This document shows, in pieces, positions 49,497 to 62,228 of a stretch of DNA of 64,000 bases (its first letter is position 1; the number at the start of each line of letters is the position of its first letter). The notes under the pieces are model-generated. The model was not told the DNA's origin, ran no database searches, and worked only from the letters and a program-made list of their open reading frames with translations. The DNA is from Kondoa subrosea (lineage: Eukaryota). The stretch spans positions 3,661,136 through 3,725,135 of the forward strand of contig BCIN01000001.1 of the NCBI GenBank assembly GCA_039545335.1. Reading direction: 5' to 3'. Both the position numbers and the translations under genes were made by a program.

Positions 49497-52132
49497 ATGT
49501 CGGAAACGATACCCAGCCTGAGTGATGGGCTAGCTGAACAGCAGCAATCGCTTATGGATCATACCAATTTAGCGAAAGATGGTCCAACGATGGCAGAGAT
49601 TCCATCTGAACAGCTTTCGAATGTAACAACTGCAAGCCAGAAGAAGAAAAAGAAGCCAAAGAAGAAGAAGAAAGCTACACCTGTTGTTGTTGAAGTAGAA
49701 CCACCAATTCCAGCCAATGTCCTTAAAATCTCTCGAGCCAAACATTGGAAATACATATCTTCGTTTCATGGTCAATGGCTTAGCTTGCGTGCGTCACGCT
49801 TACATGCATATACAATCAAGACCATTCTTATGCTCCTCTGATGGATCAGCGTATGAACTACTTGAGACTCTGTTGCTGGTCAATGTTGGACCTCAGCCAA
49901 TGTCAAGCCAGAACAACAGCAATTATCATCCAGATGGGCCATCCATTACTTCTTCTGCCGATAGGTTCTCACAAGTCTCACCAGAAGAAAGGAATCGAAT
50001 TCCAGCTCCAATAGATTCTGCAGCATTTCGAGGAGTAGTAGAAATTAGGAAACTAGTAGAAGAAGCTTCAGATTTAGCTGTTAGAGCTGCTTCAGGTTTA
50101 TCTGCTGCTGCTGTTGGTGCTTTGAACGAGAACCCATCAGCTTATATGGGTGGACCAGATCCAATGATTAATCCTAGAAACAATCTACCCAATCAACAAC
50201 ATGGTGGTAGAAGTCAAACTATGAGTGCTACAAGACAGTATAGATTAAGAAGTATGGCTGTATCCAAATTGGCTAAAGCTTACAAGATTGATGAAATTGC
50301 TGCAAGCGTTGCTGTAATGCAAGGAGCAACTGCTTTGGATGATTTGCCTTCACGAGTGTTGAAACAAGATCCAGATAATATGGATGCTCAATACGTCTAC
50401 TTCTTTCACGAAAAGATCCCTTCAAGGTTAGTTTGGGCTTCAATCTGCCTTTTGGTTGAGCATCTGACTGAATGTCATCGATAGGACTCTGGCCAGATCT
50501 TCATTAAGTGAACCACTAGATAATCTAATCGCAAGGTCACCGCAGAATGTAGAATACTATCGAACCAAAGGCGTTGTGCATGGCTTCAGACAAGAATACG
50601 CTAAAGCTGTCGAATCCTTTTCTTCCGCCATTCATGTAGCTAAATCTCGTCGAAAAGTCTCTTCCATGAACTCGTCGACCTCTCAACCTCGGTCGTCAAA
50701 GGGGAAAGGTAAGAATAAGAGAAGACAAAACGGTACTACTGGATCTTCTACACCACCTGAACCGGAAGACGAAAATGGTGAAACTGAAAAAAGTCCGTCT
50801 TCAAGTAGTAATAGTCCAATGAAAGAATCCTCTTCCGTTCCAGCAAGAGAAGAAGCTTCATCCATAGGTTTAGAACCGGGTGATGATTTAGAACGACAAT
50901 GCTATTTCTACAGAGGAATGATGTACTATCATTGGGCTTTCTGGTTATTGGAAGATGCTGTGCTATCCATCGAAGGAGTCAAGAAACCCATCGGCGGATT
51001 ATGCAACGAATCGGGTGAAGCTACTATCGCTTCTATCGGATTGCCTATTCCTCCTCATCAAGGCTTGTTGGGTAAAGCGGATCCTGCTAAAATTGCTCTG
51101 TATGAACGGACAATGAGTAATCCGGAATTCAAGATCCAAGTTGAAAGTCTACTCAAGAAGGCTATTAAAGATCATGAACGCTTTCTATCATATTTCCCCG
51201 TATGGGAAGCACCACCCGGCTCTGGTTGGGAGAACGAGAAGAAGTTACCTCCAGCACTCAGAGCGGACGATAGACTGTTGAATCTCAAAGGAAGACGAGC
51301 AATACAGCAACGAAGTCTGAATGGGAGAACAAGGCATTGGAACGATGATAATCTCTCAGTACCAGAGGATGAAGAGGTCACTCTTTTGACTACATATCAC
51401 CCGCTTATGTTGGTTTAGAATGCTTCTTGTCAAAGCATGCTCACACAATCGCTTACAGGGTGGAATCTCACTTTGCTTTACTTACATCATATGTGCTCAC
51501 CGGCGAATTAACGCACGCTCTCAAACGTCACTACCAACTCGCTGCTATCTTAAACAACTTAGAAGGTTTCCCTGTCTTTCTTCCAGCTCGAAGTCTGTGT
51601 CAATCTCAATATTCCGAATTGCTCGAACAGCTAGCTGCTACTTGGTGCAAAGATCGAGAAGCTAGAGGTATACAAGTTCCACATGGCAAAGAAGAAGACA
51701 TCGCTGCTCAAGGCGATTTACCGTCATTGCATCATTTGGCTTCTTTCTTCTCTGCTAAACACGAAGAGAAGTTGACGAAGTTGGCCTCCGAGATGGAGAT
51801 CAAAGAGTGAGTGACTTCACTTAATGCCCTTGTTCATGGATGGTAATAAAGCAATTCCTCACAGCGTCAAACCTGCTACCAAGAAGCCTTTAATGTTGGA
51901 AGACATCAAGAAAGCAAAAGAGCAATTCTCTTCACTCAAGCACGATCTTCAGCCTCAGCCGATTAGCATGAGCGCGCGAGCAGAAGTCGGTCTAGTTTGG
52001 TTGCAAACAACTATTCTCAGGGAGAAAGAGGAGGAGGAAGAAGTCCGGCGAGAAGCTACGCACGAACACCTGCAATCCAGTACTTCGAAAGGCAAAGGAA
52101 AAGGCAAAGCATGCGAAGAAGATTCAAGTTGA
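49497..52132 (+). CDS. Conserved fungal TPR-like helical protein (family often auto-labelled 'histidine kinase group protein')
   Basis: ISRAKHWKYISSFHGQWLSL|PYELLETL, IRKLVEEASDLAVRAASG, AYKIDEIAASVAVMQGATALDD, YVYFFHEKIPSR, TTYHPLM and GFPVFLPARS. No kinase motifs seen. Confidence 0.8.
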
Positions 52133-52197
52133 TGTATTTGCGTTTCTTGTACTTCGTTCAGTTTCAACATCATCTGTTATTTGAAGGTCATGAGGTT

Positions 52198-55187
52198 TTA
52201 TTTGCTTTCATTAACAACAGCCCTCAAGTCCCTCAGCTCTATCGATTGTTCTACATCTATATTCAGTTGCCTTGCATCTTGCAAGAACGCTTCTACATCC
52301 GTTTGCATTTGCTGCTTAACTTTGTCCTCTTCTGCTTGAGCTGCTTCCTCGCTGACCTTGCTATTACCCCCAAAGAGCGAGAAACCTTGCCGACTTTTCT
52401 TGATCCGCCGCAGTTGATTGTCGGTATCTTTCATCTTGGAGAGCAACGTTGAGTATCTATGAGTCTACTTCAGCACAATGGCAGTCGGCAACAGATTATT
52501 TGGTACCTTGTCCCTATCTCTAGCACAACGGTCTTGCTGCAATGCGCTCGTAAGTCGTCAGAAACGAGTTTGCCTGGGCCTTGAAGGAATTCTTGAAGCG
52601 GTTTAAGTATAGAAGGAACAAAATAGCTTGGTCCGGTACTTGCTTGCTTGCTGTTCGCTTTGATTTGACTGACCACAATATGGACCGATCGTAATGGTTT
52701 CGCACAAGCGTTGATGAGGAGTTGAGTGATGCTGTTTTGCAAAGCTGGATGAGAAGATTTGAGAGAAGAGAAAGAAGATGCGAGCGATGCCTCGGGTGAA
52801 GTTTCTGGTTCGGCTAGACTGTCTACATCGGGCTTTGGTAAAAAAGGCTTGATTTTTGAGGAGAAGAGTTCGGTTGTGTATGTTTCTAGTCGGTTGATGT
52901 CTGCGATGAAAGCTGTTGCTAGTCGGACACTCGCTTCTTCTGACATTTCTTCCGGTTTAGGTGTGCCAGCGCGCCTCGGCGCTGCTGACCTGTTGACCTG
53001 CTGCCAGATTTAGCTTGTTGGCATACCTTGAGGAAGAGATCTACCTTCTCCTGCTCTGCAGCTACTAAACCAGGATGTATCAGAGCTGCCATAGCTTCGT
53101 CTGACCAAAGCTTATATCGGCTCAGTAGCTTCAGAGATAGTCAGCTTTAGATAATAGAGCAACTAATTTGGCGCGAACCTGTAATGTCAAGCGCCAGAAA
53201 CGATGTATGAGTTCCGGTATCAGTACATCCTCTTGCCAGCATGTCCATATAGCTCGATGTATTGAAGTAGTAGCCGGCAAGACGAATTGTTGATCGCGAC
53301 TCATTTGCGGGACTGTTTCATGTATATGATATTAGTGATCGCTTCTTCTTCCAACAGTACGCAAAACCTACCCTGAGCAGTTCGTATAGCGAGACTGTCT
53401 TCTAATCTGCCTATTATCTCTTTAAAGCGAAGTTGGAAATAGACCGGAAGTTGCCATCTTTTGTTGAAAGTAGTGTAAGAGGAATGAGAGCGTAGAGAGG
53501 AGAGTTGTGAGACTGAAGAGCATGTAGCTTCCATCCGATCGATGAATGCAGCTGTTATACTATAATTCTGCGGTTGAAAATTAATGACTGCATATGCGTC
53601 TGCAATTCTGATGAACGTACAGCTTGAAAGTAGTCAGGGTTCCCTGCAGCGAAGATTAGATGGCCCAATTCGCCTGTAAGCCGATTTGCAATTTCGTCCC
53701 ATACGACGTTGGCCAAAACGCTGTAGCTTTCTGGCGATGCTGATGCTTGAGCGTCAATGCTATTGAGAAGGTTACGAGAGGGTAGGTCAGGTGTGGTCGA
53801 TAATTGCCGGTCTGTCACGTCCAGCAAAGTTCCACATTCATTAGATACGAAAGTAAGAATTCGATTGTAGAGATTCCGCAAAGCTTCATGTTGGGGTGTC
53901 GTAGACGAAGAGGCTGAAGGAGGTATTGGATCGTTCATGTATGAGGCCGAGTCTGGGTGTGCGAAATAATCACCCTCTTCAGAAATCGTTTGAGCGGCTG
54001 AACCCGTTCTAGTATGTGTAGGATTGCTGAACGCAAATTTTGAATCAGCTGCTAAAGGTGTAGGTGGAATAATTGAGGAAGAAAAATCCGAAAGCGAGTC
54101 TCGCGAAATGTTCTTGATCAGCCAAGGTCGCACAAGTTCTTTCCGCACAATATCTTCTGCTATTCGACTTCTTCCTAGGGCTTGGAAAGTTCTAAAGCAT
54201 TCTAGAAGACTGTCACGGTAGGTTTGCGCGTCCCTGAGCTTGTTCGGCCGGGTAGGGTTTGTTCCCTGAGATGGTTTCGCTTGAGATTGGAGAGTATTAG
54301 TAAGAAGAGTAGCAAGGTCGTATTGTAGGGTATCAGTGATGCGTCGTATACGCTGCAAGATTCAGACTATTAGCGATAAAGCTTAGTCTCGAGAGTATAG
54401 CTTACTGGAGATAAAGCAGTGATGAATTCGAGATCCTGGGCTTTATCTATCAGATAGAGCATCTGGTTGTATTCTGCTGCAATCCTTTCTATTCTGTGAG
54501 CTCCAGGCTGCCGAACTTTGCTGTTGACTGAAGCTGGTTCTCGGTCTGCATTGACACTGGACCGAAGTGATTTGGCTGGGCTGACAGAGCTGGACTCGGC
54601 AGGGGAGATGAGAAGTAGAGCTTCTACCTTGACCACTGACTCGTGTACGGACAGAAGGAGCCTAAGAGTAGCCTTCTGATTGCGGACTGTTACTTTCTCT
54701 GCCAGTTGCGATTCGATAGCAGATTGAATCTCGACAAAGGATGATTTGGCGTTCTACAGATGTCCTGAGTCAGAATTCATGCGGTGACTTAGCCAGTGAT
54801 AGCGCTTACCTCGACTTGTTGCTTGACATCTTCAATAGGTCGTCGCATCCGTTCCAGACGTTTCTCAGTCCCTCTCAATCCAATACCCAAGCCAATAAAG
54901 TCCTCATAGTCCCTATTGATGACGCCAACCAGCTCTTGTCTAAGGTTTGAGAGATACGAGCGCAATTCAGTCCGAAGCTCATCCAGAGGAGTATGGCGTC
55001 GCGAAAGCAGGAAAGTATTGGCATCGAAATCAGGCTTGAGGAAAGTTTCGTGCGACAAGCCAGCAGGCAGCAAGACCAGTTTACTCAAGTCAACATTATC
55101 TGCCTCGTCTGTTTCTGAGCTTGCGCTGTTACCGTTCGCTTTCTGAAATGGATCAGCGTCGCCATTCGTAAGGCCGTTCGTAGTCAT
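52198..55187 (-). CDS. COG2: Conserved oligomeric Golgi complex subunit 2
   Basis: FDANTFLLSRRHTPLDELRTELR, LVGVINRDYEDFIGL, IFAAGNPDYF, RWQLPVYFQLRF, RFWRLTLQ, PSYFVPSILKPL and DKVKQQMQTDVEAF. Confidence 0.93.
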
Positions 55188-55344
55188 CAGGCAAGCAGGG
55201 CACAGGTATCAACCATCAATAGGCAAAGGGTAACACCATATGCGTTCAAGGACAAGGATTGCCTCAATAATGCATAAACGAGAAACTGTACAATGCTCTA
55301 CACAAGTCTAGAGACGCGTCCTTCTTCTACTTCGCACAACTCGA

Positions 55345-57736
55345 TCAAGCGCGATAGTCTTCCGGTAAAGCACTCGCGTCGCCTCCCAAAGTTTCCAACA
55401 AAGCTTCTTCATGTACTCCCAGTTCCAGCCAGGTTTGAGGTTGATGCATGGGCATTCCACCAACCCCGAGTTGATGGGCAGGTACAGGACTACTATTGCG
55501 TATTGCAATGAGTTCTTCCAGTTTGGCTAAAAGCTGAGTGATTGGTGGAAGATAGACTGTAGTCGGATGTTCTCGCTGCAGCATGATGACTAGTTGAGTA
55601 AAGGTATGCTGGATCGCTTCTGCGAGACATGGTAACATGTAAGCATGATCAAGTGTAGTAAAAAGAAACAGAGCGAACTTAGATCAACATGTTGCGGTAG
55701 CGCAAACGCTACACTGAAGAGGAATTGCGCAGGCTGACACATCCTGTGCATAGGTTTTAGCATCATACTAGCAACGCAGACATGAGAACCGACGTTTGCT
55801 TGAAACAATTGAAATGATAAAGACGGGAGGGTGCCAGTAAATTTGTTGCAATCAAAGTGTCCAGGTTTTGCTTTGCAACTGCCGCTCCTTGCAAAGTATA
55901 GCGCAAGCGACCAGGGTGGGTGGCTATTTCAGCTGATCTAGCGGCCATGAGAGGTGAAGCTGGCCAAGAGTAGATAAAAATCCGGTGTACATTCTGTTGA
56001 TGTTCCATGAGTATATGTTTGTATGTCAGGCTGATGATAACATACGAAACGTAATAGACACAGGGTAGAAGGCATTTGGTCGGGCGGACATCGATCTTCC
56101 GCGATCGCTTCTGTAAATCAAGTCAAAAATAGGCTTGTTGACAATATACAAAACGAGATCGCACGGAAGTTTGATTTTGGCCATACTGCTTGCCATTGGG
56201 CAATCAACTCATCCATAACTGCTCCCACATCATCACAGATCTTGTCGTAATTCCGAGTCCCTAGACTAAAGGAAGGATCCAATTTGGCCTGGGCTTTGAC
56301 GAGTTGAGTGGTAAGAAGAACTCGATTCCGGATACAATTATCTTGTTGTGGTCGAGCAAAACGGTTCTGTAGGAGGTAATTGGCTTCTTCGATTATTCCC
56401 TTGTACGAGGTTAGAGCTGGACAACCAGACATGACATTGTGCATAGAGTCATAGTCATAGAGAACAAGATGAACGCGAAGACATTCCATGAGGTATGCTT
56501 CGTTGGAATGTGACTTGCTGGCGTCTTGTTGCTTCAGACGCGCATATGCAGTATGGCAACCAAGCGAACGAGAAAGTGATATCAAAGGTCCAACAAGCTT
56601 TGCACCGAAGAAGGCGCTAGAAGGTGATCAGAATTCGACCACAAATGACGATAAGAGGGATCACCTAAGAATAAGACCGGCCCAAAGATCCCCCAGATTC
56701 GTGTTTCCAATGCTCTCCCGAGGCCAAAGTCGTAGCCTACATAGCATCCGAGCCTCCTCCAAAAGGACTTTACTATCTGCCAGATTGCCTTCATTCTTTG
56801 CGCCAACCGCACAAACTACCGCCGTAAGGAAGCAGCTGTATTTGCGAAAATCGACAAATCTCCCAAGGGATTGATTGAGGTATGAGATCCATCCTTTTGT
56901 TACTAATTGTTCAGTAAAAGCGCCAAATCTGCATCATATCGCTCTCGTAAGGAACCCTCCTGTTTCGCTCGAAAACGTTGCTGCTACTTACGAGTCAGTG
57001 TATAGTTGAGCTGTTTCAACACTGATCATGCCCTTATCAATGCAATCTCGCTCGTCTCGACCATCGTCTACTGGCGAATTGAGCGCCGATTGCGAGCTTT
57101 GGACGAAGGCATTTAGAACAGGCCGCTGAGACCAGGCTGCTTGCTGCGACGGTTGATAAAGATGTGACGATTGGACATGCGGAGCCTGATAACCTTGTAC
57201 AGGTTGACTCGCTGGAAATGCGAAGTTGCTTGAAGGGGGAAATTGCGAAAATTGGCGAGGAAAGGAAGAAGTAGATGCTAAAGGAACACTACCATCTATC
57301 ACTGGCTGCAAAGTCTTCAGCTCTTTGTGTCACTTGACCGAAATGAAAAAGACCAACTTGTTGATTTTGACTCGGCTCCCAACTTGCCTCTGGACTCACT
57401 GCTGGCGCTGCCGGTGTCGCATTGAGAACTTGAGTATAGTACGGTTGCATAGCAGCAAGCGAGCCTTACATTTTTGGTCAGAGTCTCTAGGAGGTTCAGC
57501 CAGATCTTCGTAATGATCGCGTGTTTTACCATGACCGGCATCCGACTGGTTTGTCGGCGGCGACTGCTTGTCTTCGACGTCCATGTTTGGCTCTTGTCTT
57601 GTCAAATCAAGTCAAGGAGCAAGCAATCCAGTCACAGCGGCTCCACAGGAAAATTCATGTAAGCGAGCTTTGGAGTCTGGAGCCGCTTACATGATGCAAT
57701 GTTCTGTGAGCTTGTTGGTGACAAGGAGCTTGGCAT
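55345..57736 (-). CDS. Fungal-specific transcription-factor-like protein (middle homology region); start uncertain
   Basis: Q/P/S-rich N-terminal part, then DCIDKGMISVETAQ, FLTAVVCAVGA, LSRSLGCH and LRVHLVLYDYD, plus a helical C-terminal region like Zn2Cys6-type TF bodies. No Cys6 cluster found. Confidence 0.6.
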
Positions 57737-57998
57737 ATTCTATCTGCTCCTAAATTTCGTTATATCTCCCTTTGTCTTGCACGCACCATGGATTGTAAAG
57801 TTGTAACCAACTCACTCGGCTGATGCACTTCTTTCTATCATGTTCTGACCTCCCGTTGTGAACGTGCGTTCATTCTTTTATCGTCTTGCCGATGCGACGC
57901 TTATGTTGCACGAAAACACCTTCTTGCTGCTTCATTTTACTGTGCTTGGCTTTCCTTGTTTTCCTCTGCTCGTTCACTTTCTTTTCCCCCATATCACA

Positions 57999-60319
57999 AT
58001 GCGCTGGACCGCATCACTTCTTGTAGCATTCATCAGCTATGTCACTGCAGCTCGCAGGCCGGGTCCGCATCGCACGTCTTTCAAAGCTAGAGAAGTCACA
58101 TGTTCGCTCGAGGCTCGAGCTGTCCCTTCCGATTGCGTTGATCATGCCAAAATGGGTCAGCGATTGACATTTGCACATTACATGGTAAGCCACAGCCTAT
58201 GTTCAGCGTAGAACCACCCTGACTATACTGGTATAGGCAATGGGAACTGTACCTCTTCCAATTGTTGGCCAATTTATGTTGCTCAGACTATCTATAGCCT
58301 CCGGACGGAGATTACACGACTGATATTCGTGCCGCCAGTAAAGCTGGTATTCATGCTTTCGTCTGTCGATCATCTGATTGTCAAAGATTGCGCTTATTCG
58401 GCTTTCAGGCTCTCAATTTTGGTAAATTCGCTCGTAAAGCAGAAAAGGATTGCGCTCACTATGAATCAAGGCGGATGGACTGACGAGTTCGAAAGATGGG
58501 AAGGAGTGCTTGACTCCATCTACGCAGCTACGGAAAAGTACAATGCCTTACAAGGTAAGTCTTCGGGCTGATATAGTTTTCAGCTGCTTATGATATACCA
58601 GAATCATGTCCTTTGAAGCTCTTCATTTCTTTCGATATGGTCAGTCAAGTACTTCCAGTATCCGGAACTTGCTGATGTTTCTGAACAGACTAGTGTTTCA
58701 GATCCCTCTATGATAACTCGACTCGCTTTGAAATACCAGGATAGAAGCTCACAACTAGTATGCGCCCGCTTGCTTTCATCTTTCCTTTCTGACAGAATCT
58801 GCAGTATGTGGACGAGAGAAAGATGATGGTCTCAACCTTCGAGGACGATGTATGCCCTCTCACAATAGGCAGATCTATCTGCATATTGACGAGATTTGCG
58901 TCTGTAGTACACTAATGTTCAATTCGATTGGCAAAGTACAATTTTATCATCTGGCACTGTACTATGGCTGACCAAATTTATCAGATGATGTCTTGAATCC
59001 GATCAAAGCTGGACTCTCTGATGCCGATGTATTCTTCATGCCAGGGAGTGTTGTCAAAGATGCTAAGAAACTGGTCCGTATTTCATATGACTTGGAGACT
59101 CCGCCCACATGCCGCGCAGTTCGCTCAAACAGGCGATGCTGTTTTCACAGTATGTCAAATCTACCAAACGGCCTAAGGACTTGCTCATTTATCTGTAGTG
59201 GATCCATCCTTCTACCTCTGCCGATGGCGAGGCTCAATTGGACCAGGAATTTGCTGCAGAATCGGCCAGAACGGGTAAGCCTTGGGCTGCTGGCGTCAGT
59301 TTCTGGTTCTTCAAGGTCAATCTCGCTTTCACCCATATATCCTTTCGAAACTAAATCAAACTGTTGTAGCACTTACAAGGGTCAGTGCAGGTGTCAGGCC
59401 AATGCATTTTAACGCTTACTTGATTGACAGCTACAATTGGGGCAACACCCAAGACGAGCGACTGTTCCAGCCGAGAATGATGGAGATCATGAAATTACAA
59501 CCCAGATTCGTAGAGTATATTACCTGGTGAGTTTTTCGCTGTTGATCAATTTCCATTGTCGTCTGAGTGAGTTTAGGAATGATTTCGGCGAATCTTCGTA
59601 TGTGGTTCTTTTTACTATTGTTCTCTGTTTCATTTTGCTTTAGATATATGGGCCAAAGCGATCCCAAAGCTCTGACGACTATCAAATATGCCAACTTCGA
59701 ACATACTGGCTTCTTGTCTATGGCAACAATGTTCACCAAAGCTATGTCTCAAGGTCATACAGCAGTAGACACCCAAGCGTCTGGTTTCAAGGAACACGTT
59801 TTTATGTTCTATCGAACTCAGCCATGGTGTCAGTTCCAATACATTGCTTGGATGTAGTGCTGATTATATGCAAAGCCACGCCTGGACGAAACGATCCGTT
59901 GCCTGTTCCTACAGACGCAAACTGTAAAGATGAAATCTTCGTCAGTTCTTTCGCTGACCGCCTGAGCACAACTGAGCTGACACACGTCTAGATCGTCTCC
60001 TTCCTAGCAAAGGAAGCGACTGTCAGTCTCAATAATGGCGGAAAGCAAACTACCTTCACTGCACCGGCTGGCGTAAACATGAAGGGCATACCTTTCCAGG
60101 CTGGATCTGTGTCGATGGTATGCCATACAGAGTTGATGCGAAAGCTTCTTCACATACTTCGTTCATAGAGCGCTAAGCGAGGCTCAATTAACTTAGCAAA
60201 CAAGACTGGACCAAACATTGTCTGTACGTTGGAAGAACTTGCGTGGAGGCTACTATACTGATGTTGTGACTCGAAAAGCACAATACGATTTATACAACGG
60301 AAACGCTGTTTGCATCTAA
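57999..60319 (+). CDS. Secreted alpha-1,3-glucanase (glycoside hydrolase family 71), highly intron-rich
   Basis: Signal peptide MRWTASLLVAFISYVTA. Motifs FAHYM, DIRAA..AGIHAF|ALNF, LFISFDM, MVSTFE, PRFVEYITW|NDFGES, VFMFYRTQP and YNGNA. Confidence 0.9.
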
Positions 60320-60437
60320 TGACTCAAATCTGCAGGTGATATTTCTATGTATATTAGAGCTGGTCTCCCATACTCTGTAATCTTTCAAAGAGTCTATCAA
60401 TGCAAAGTATTCCATGCGATCCCAAATGCTTTCTAAC

Positions 60438-61995
60438 TCATGCAAACAACTTCATCAACTCCTCTTTCGATTCCGCGACTCCAGCAGAAATAGCTTTCTT
60501 GCCCTTGAGCATCTCTAAGCCTTCTCCAGCATACGATACACCTGGAGCCAATTCAATCTCATGGCCAGCCATGTCACCTCCAACAGCTTCGACCCATCGC
60601 TTATGCTGAGCCAACAAATCTCTTCGACTCCTGCAGTTCCACGTCTTCAGCTTCCACGTCCACAATGCAAGATCCAACTCACGTCTGAGGATCATCAGTT
60701 CCAGTACCAGGAGCATTCTTTAGTGGACTGAAGAGTTCCTGCCTCTCTACTTCCAACACAGCCATATTCTCAGAAAAGGGGAACACATCGAAAATGAAGA
60801 GTTCCAATTTCATTCCATTCGGTTTAGTAGGTTTGATTCGTTCACCAGTTGATAAATCAATGCAAGGGATCTTCTTGCGTGCAATATGGAAAGGCATATC
60901 TTCTTCACCCAAAGCCCGAATCTTATCCAAGAAATCAACAGTAAAGAAATGGTTTGCGATGTTTGCTGCACGAAAGACTAGATCACCAGAAGAAGTTCGA
61001 GCTTCTGAAAGTTGTTTAGGAATTTCAGAGTATTCTACTACTCCCCATTTGCCATTCCGTAAAGCAATCACACCGACTGATTCTGCTGGTTGAGTTTTTC
61101 TTACTACTACATTGCCACAATCTGCTTTCTTGTTGATGCAGTAGCCTATGAAAGCTGGATCTGCAACTCGAACGAGACAATTATCGACACCATAAGTGTG
61201 CAAGTATTGAATACCGCGTGATTTGAGGTCGTCGAGGATAGACGAGGAGGAAGAAGAGGATTGCGGCTTGAAGAGAGCTGCGTAAAGGCCGCCATTTCCA
61301 TCAGGTGCAAAAGCGATAGAGGATTTGGTGTCAAGCAGGATCTTGCCGTCATTGTCCAAGCATGGAAGCACGCCTATTATAAGGTGTTAGAATACATTTG
61401 ACCTACTACAGAAATGAAACTGACCTTGTTCAAAGAAAATGACGTTCTTGCGGTCTAAACCAAAGAACTTATGCTCTTCGAAGAAACTCTCTGTGGGTGC
61501 ACGAGTAGGTCCGCTGGTCATGATGTACCATGGAATGATGGAGCCGTTACCAGCCAAGGCTTGCAGTGCTTTGATCCTTTCCGCCTGCAATTGGAACAAG
61601 CTCTTGCGTGAAGGTAGACCAATATCGTAGCAGCCTTTAGGCGCAGATGAACCCAAGCGTGTCCCTTGACCTCCAGCTAGCAGCAGTACACCTACTTGCC
61701 CCTTCTGAATCGCCTGCATGCCTACGTCTGACCATTCCTTTGCGTGACCAGCGAACTCAGAACCAACCAAAGTAGCAGCGCTTCCCTCTGGCGGTGGTTC
61801 CAATTTGATGCCTTGCGTGGATGTAACGAGATCATCTGCTTGCAGAGCTGCCTTGTAAAGAGAATTCACTCGAACTGGGTCAATGCTCGCCAGCTGCCCC
61901 TTAAAATCAGCTTGCTCTGCTTCGTTGACCAGAGTATCGAGGAAAGTCAAGACGTGTTCCTGTCCTGCAGCAACATATCTCTCTTGGTCTGCCAT
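60438..61995 (-). CDS. UAP1: UDP-N-acetylglucosamine pyrophosphorylase
   Basis: LLAGGQGTRLGSSAPKGCYDIGLPS, WYIMTSGPT, FFEQG, APDGNGG, VDNCL, VVEYSE, KLELFIFDVF, FSPLKN and SYAGEGL. Confidence 0.97.
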
Positions 61996-62228
61996 TTTGT
62001 TGTTTCGGGTTAACGAAGTCCAAGTCTCGCGTTTCGCTGTCTTTGCTTCTGGGGCTGAATCTTTGGAAGCGCTTCTCGTATTCTCGTATTCCGTCTCAAT
62101 CGTCGCGTACTCGGCCGGGTAGCAAAGCCAATTGCGCGTCGTCTTAGCGTTGAGTCATTCGGCATCCCCTGGTGTGGTGTGTGGTTGATCTTTTCTGTGT
62201 TGCCATCTCTGTTGTTCTGTCACCTGTC

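Noticed and set aside
49497..52132. Possible histidine kinase, from the family's common label
   Set aside because: No H-box, HATPase N/G boxes or receiver domain are visible.
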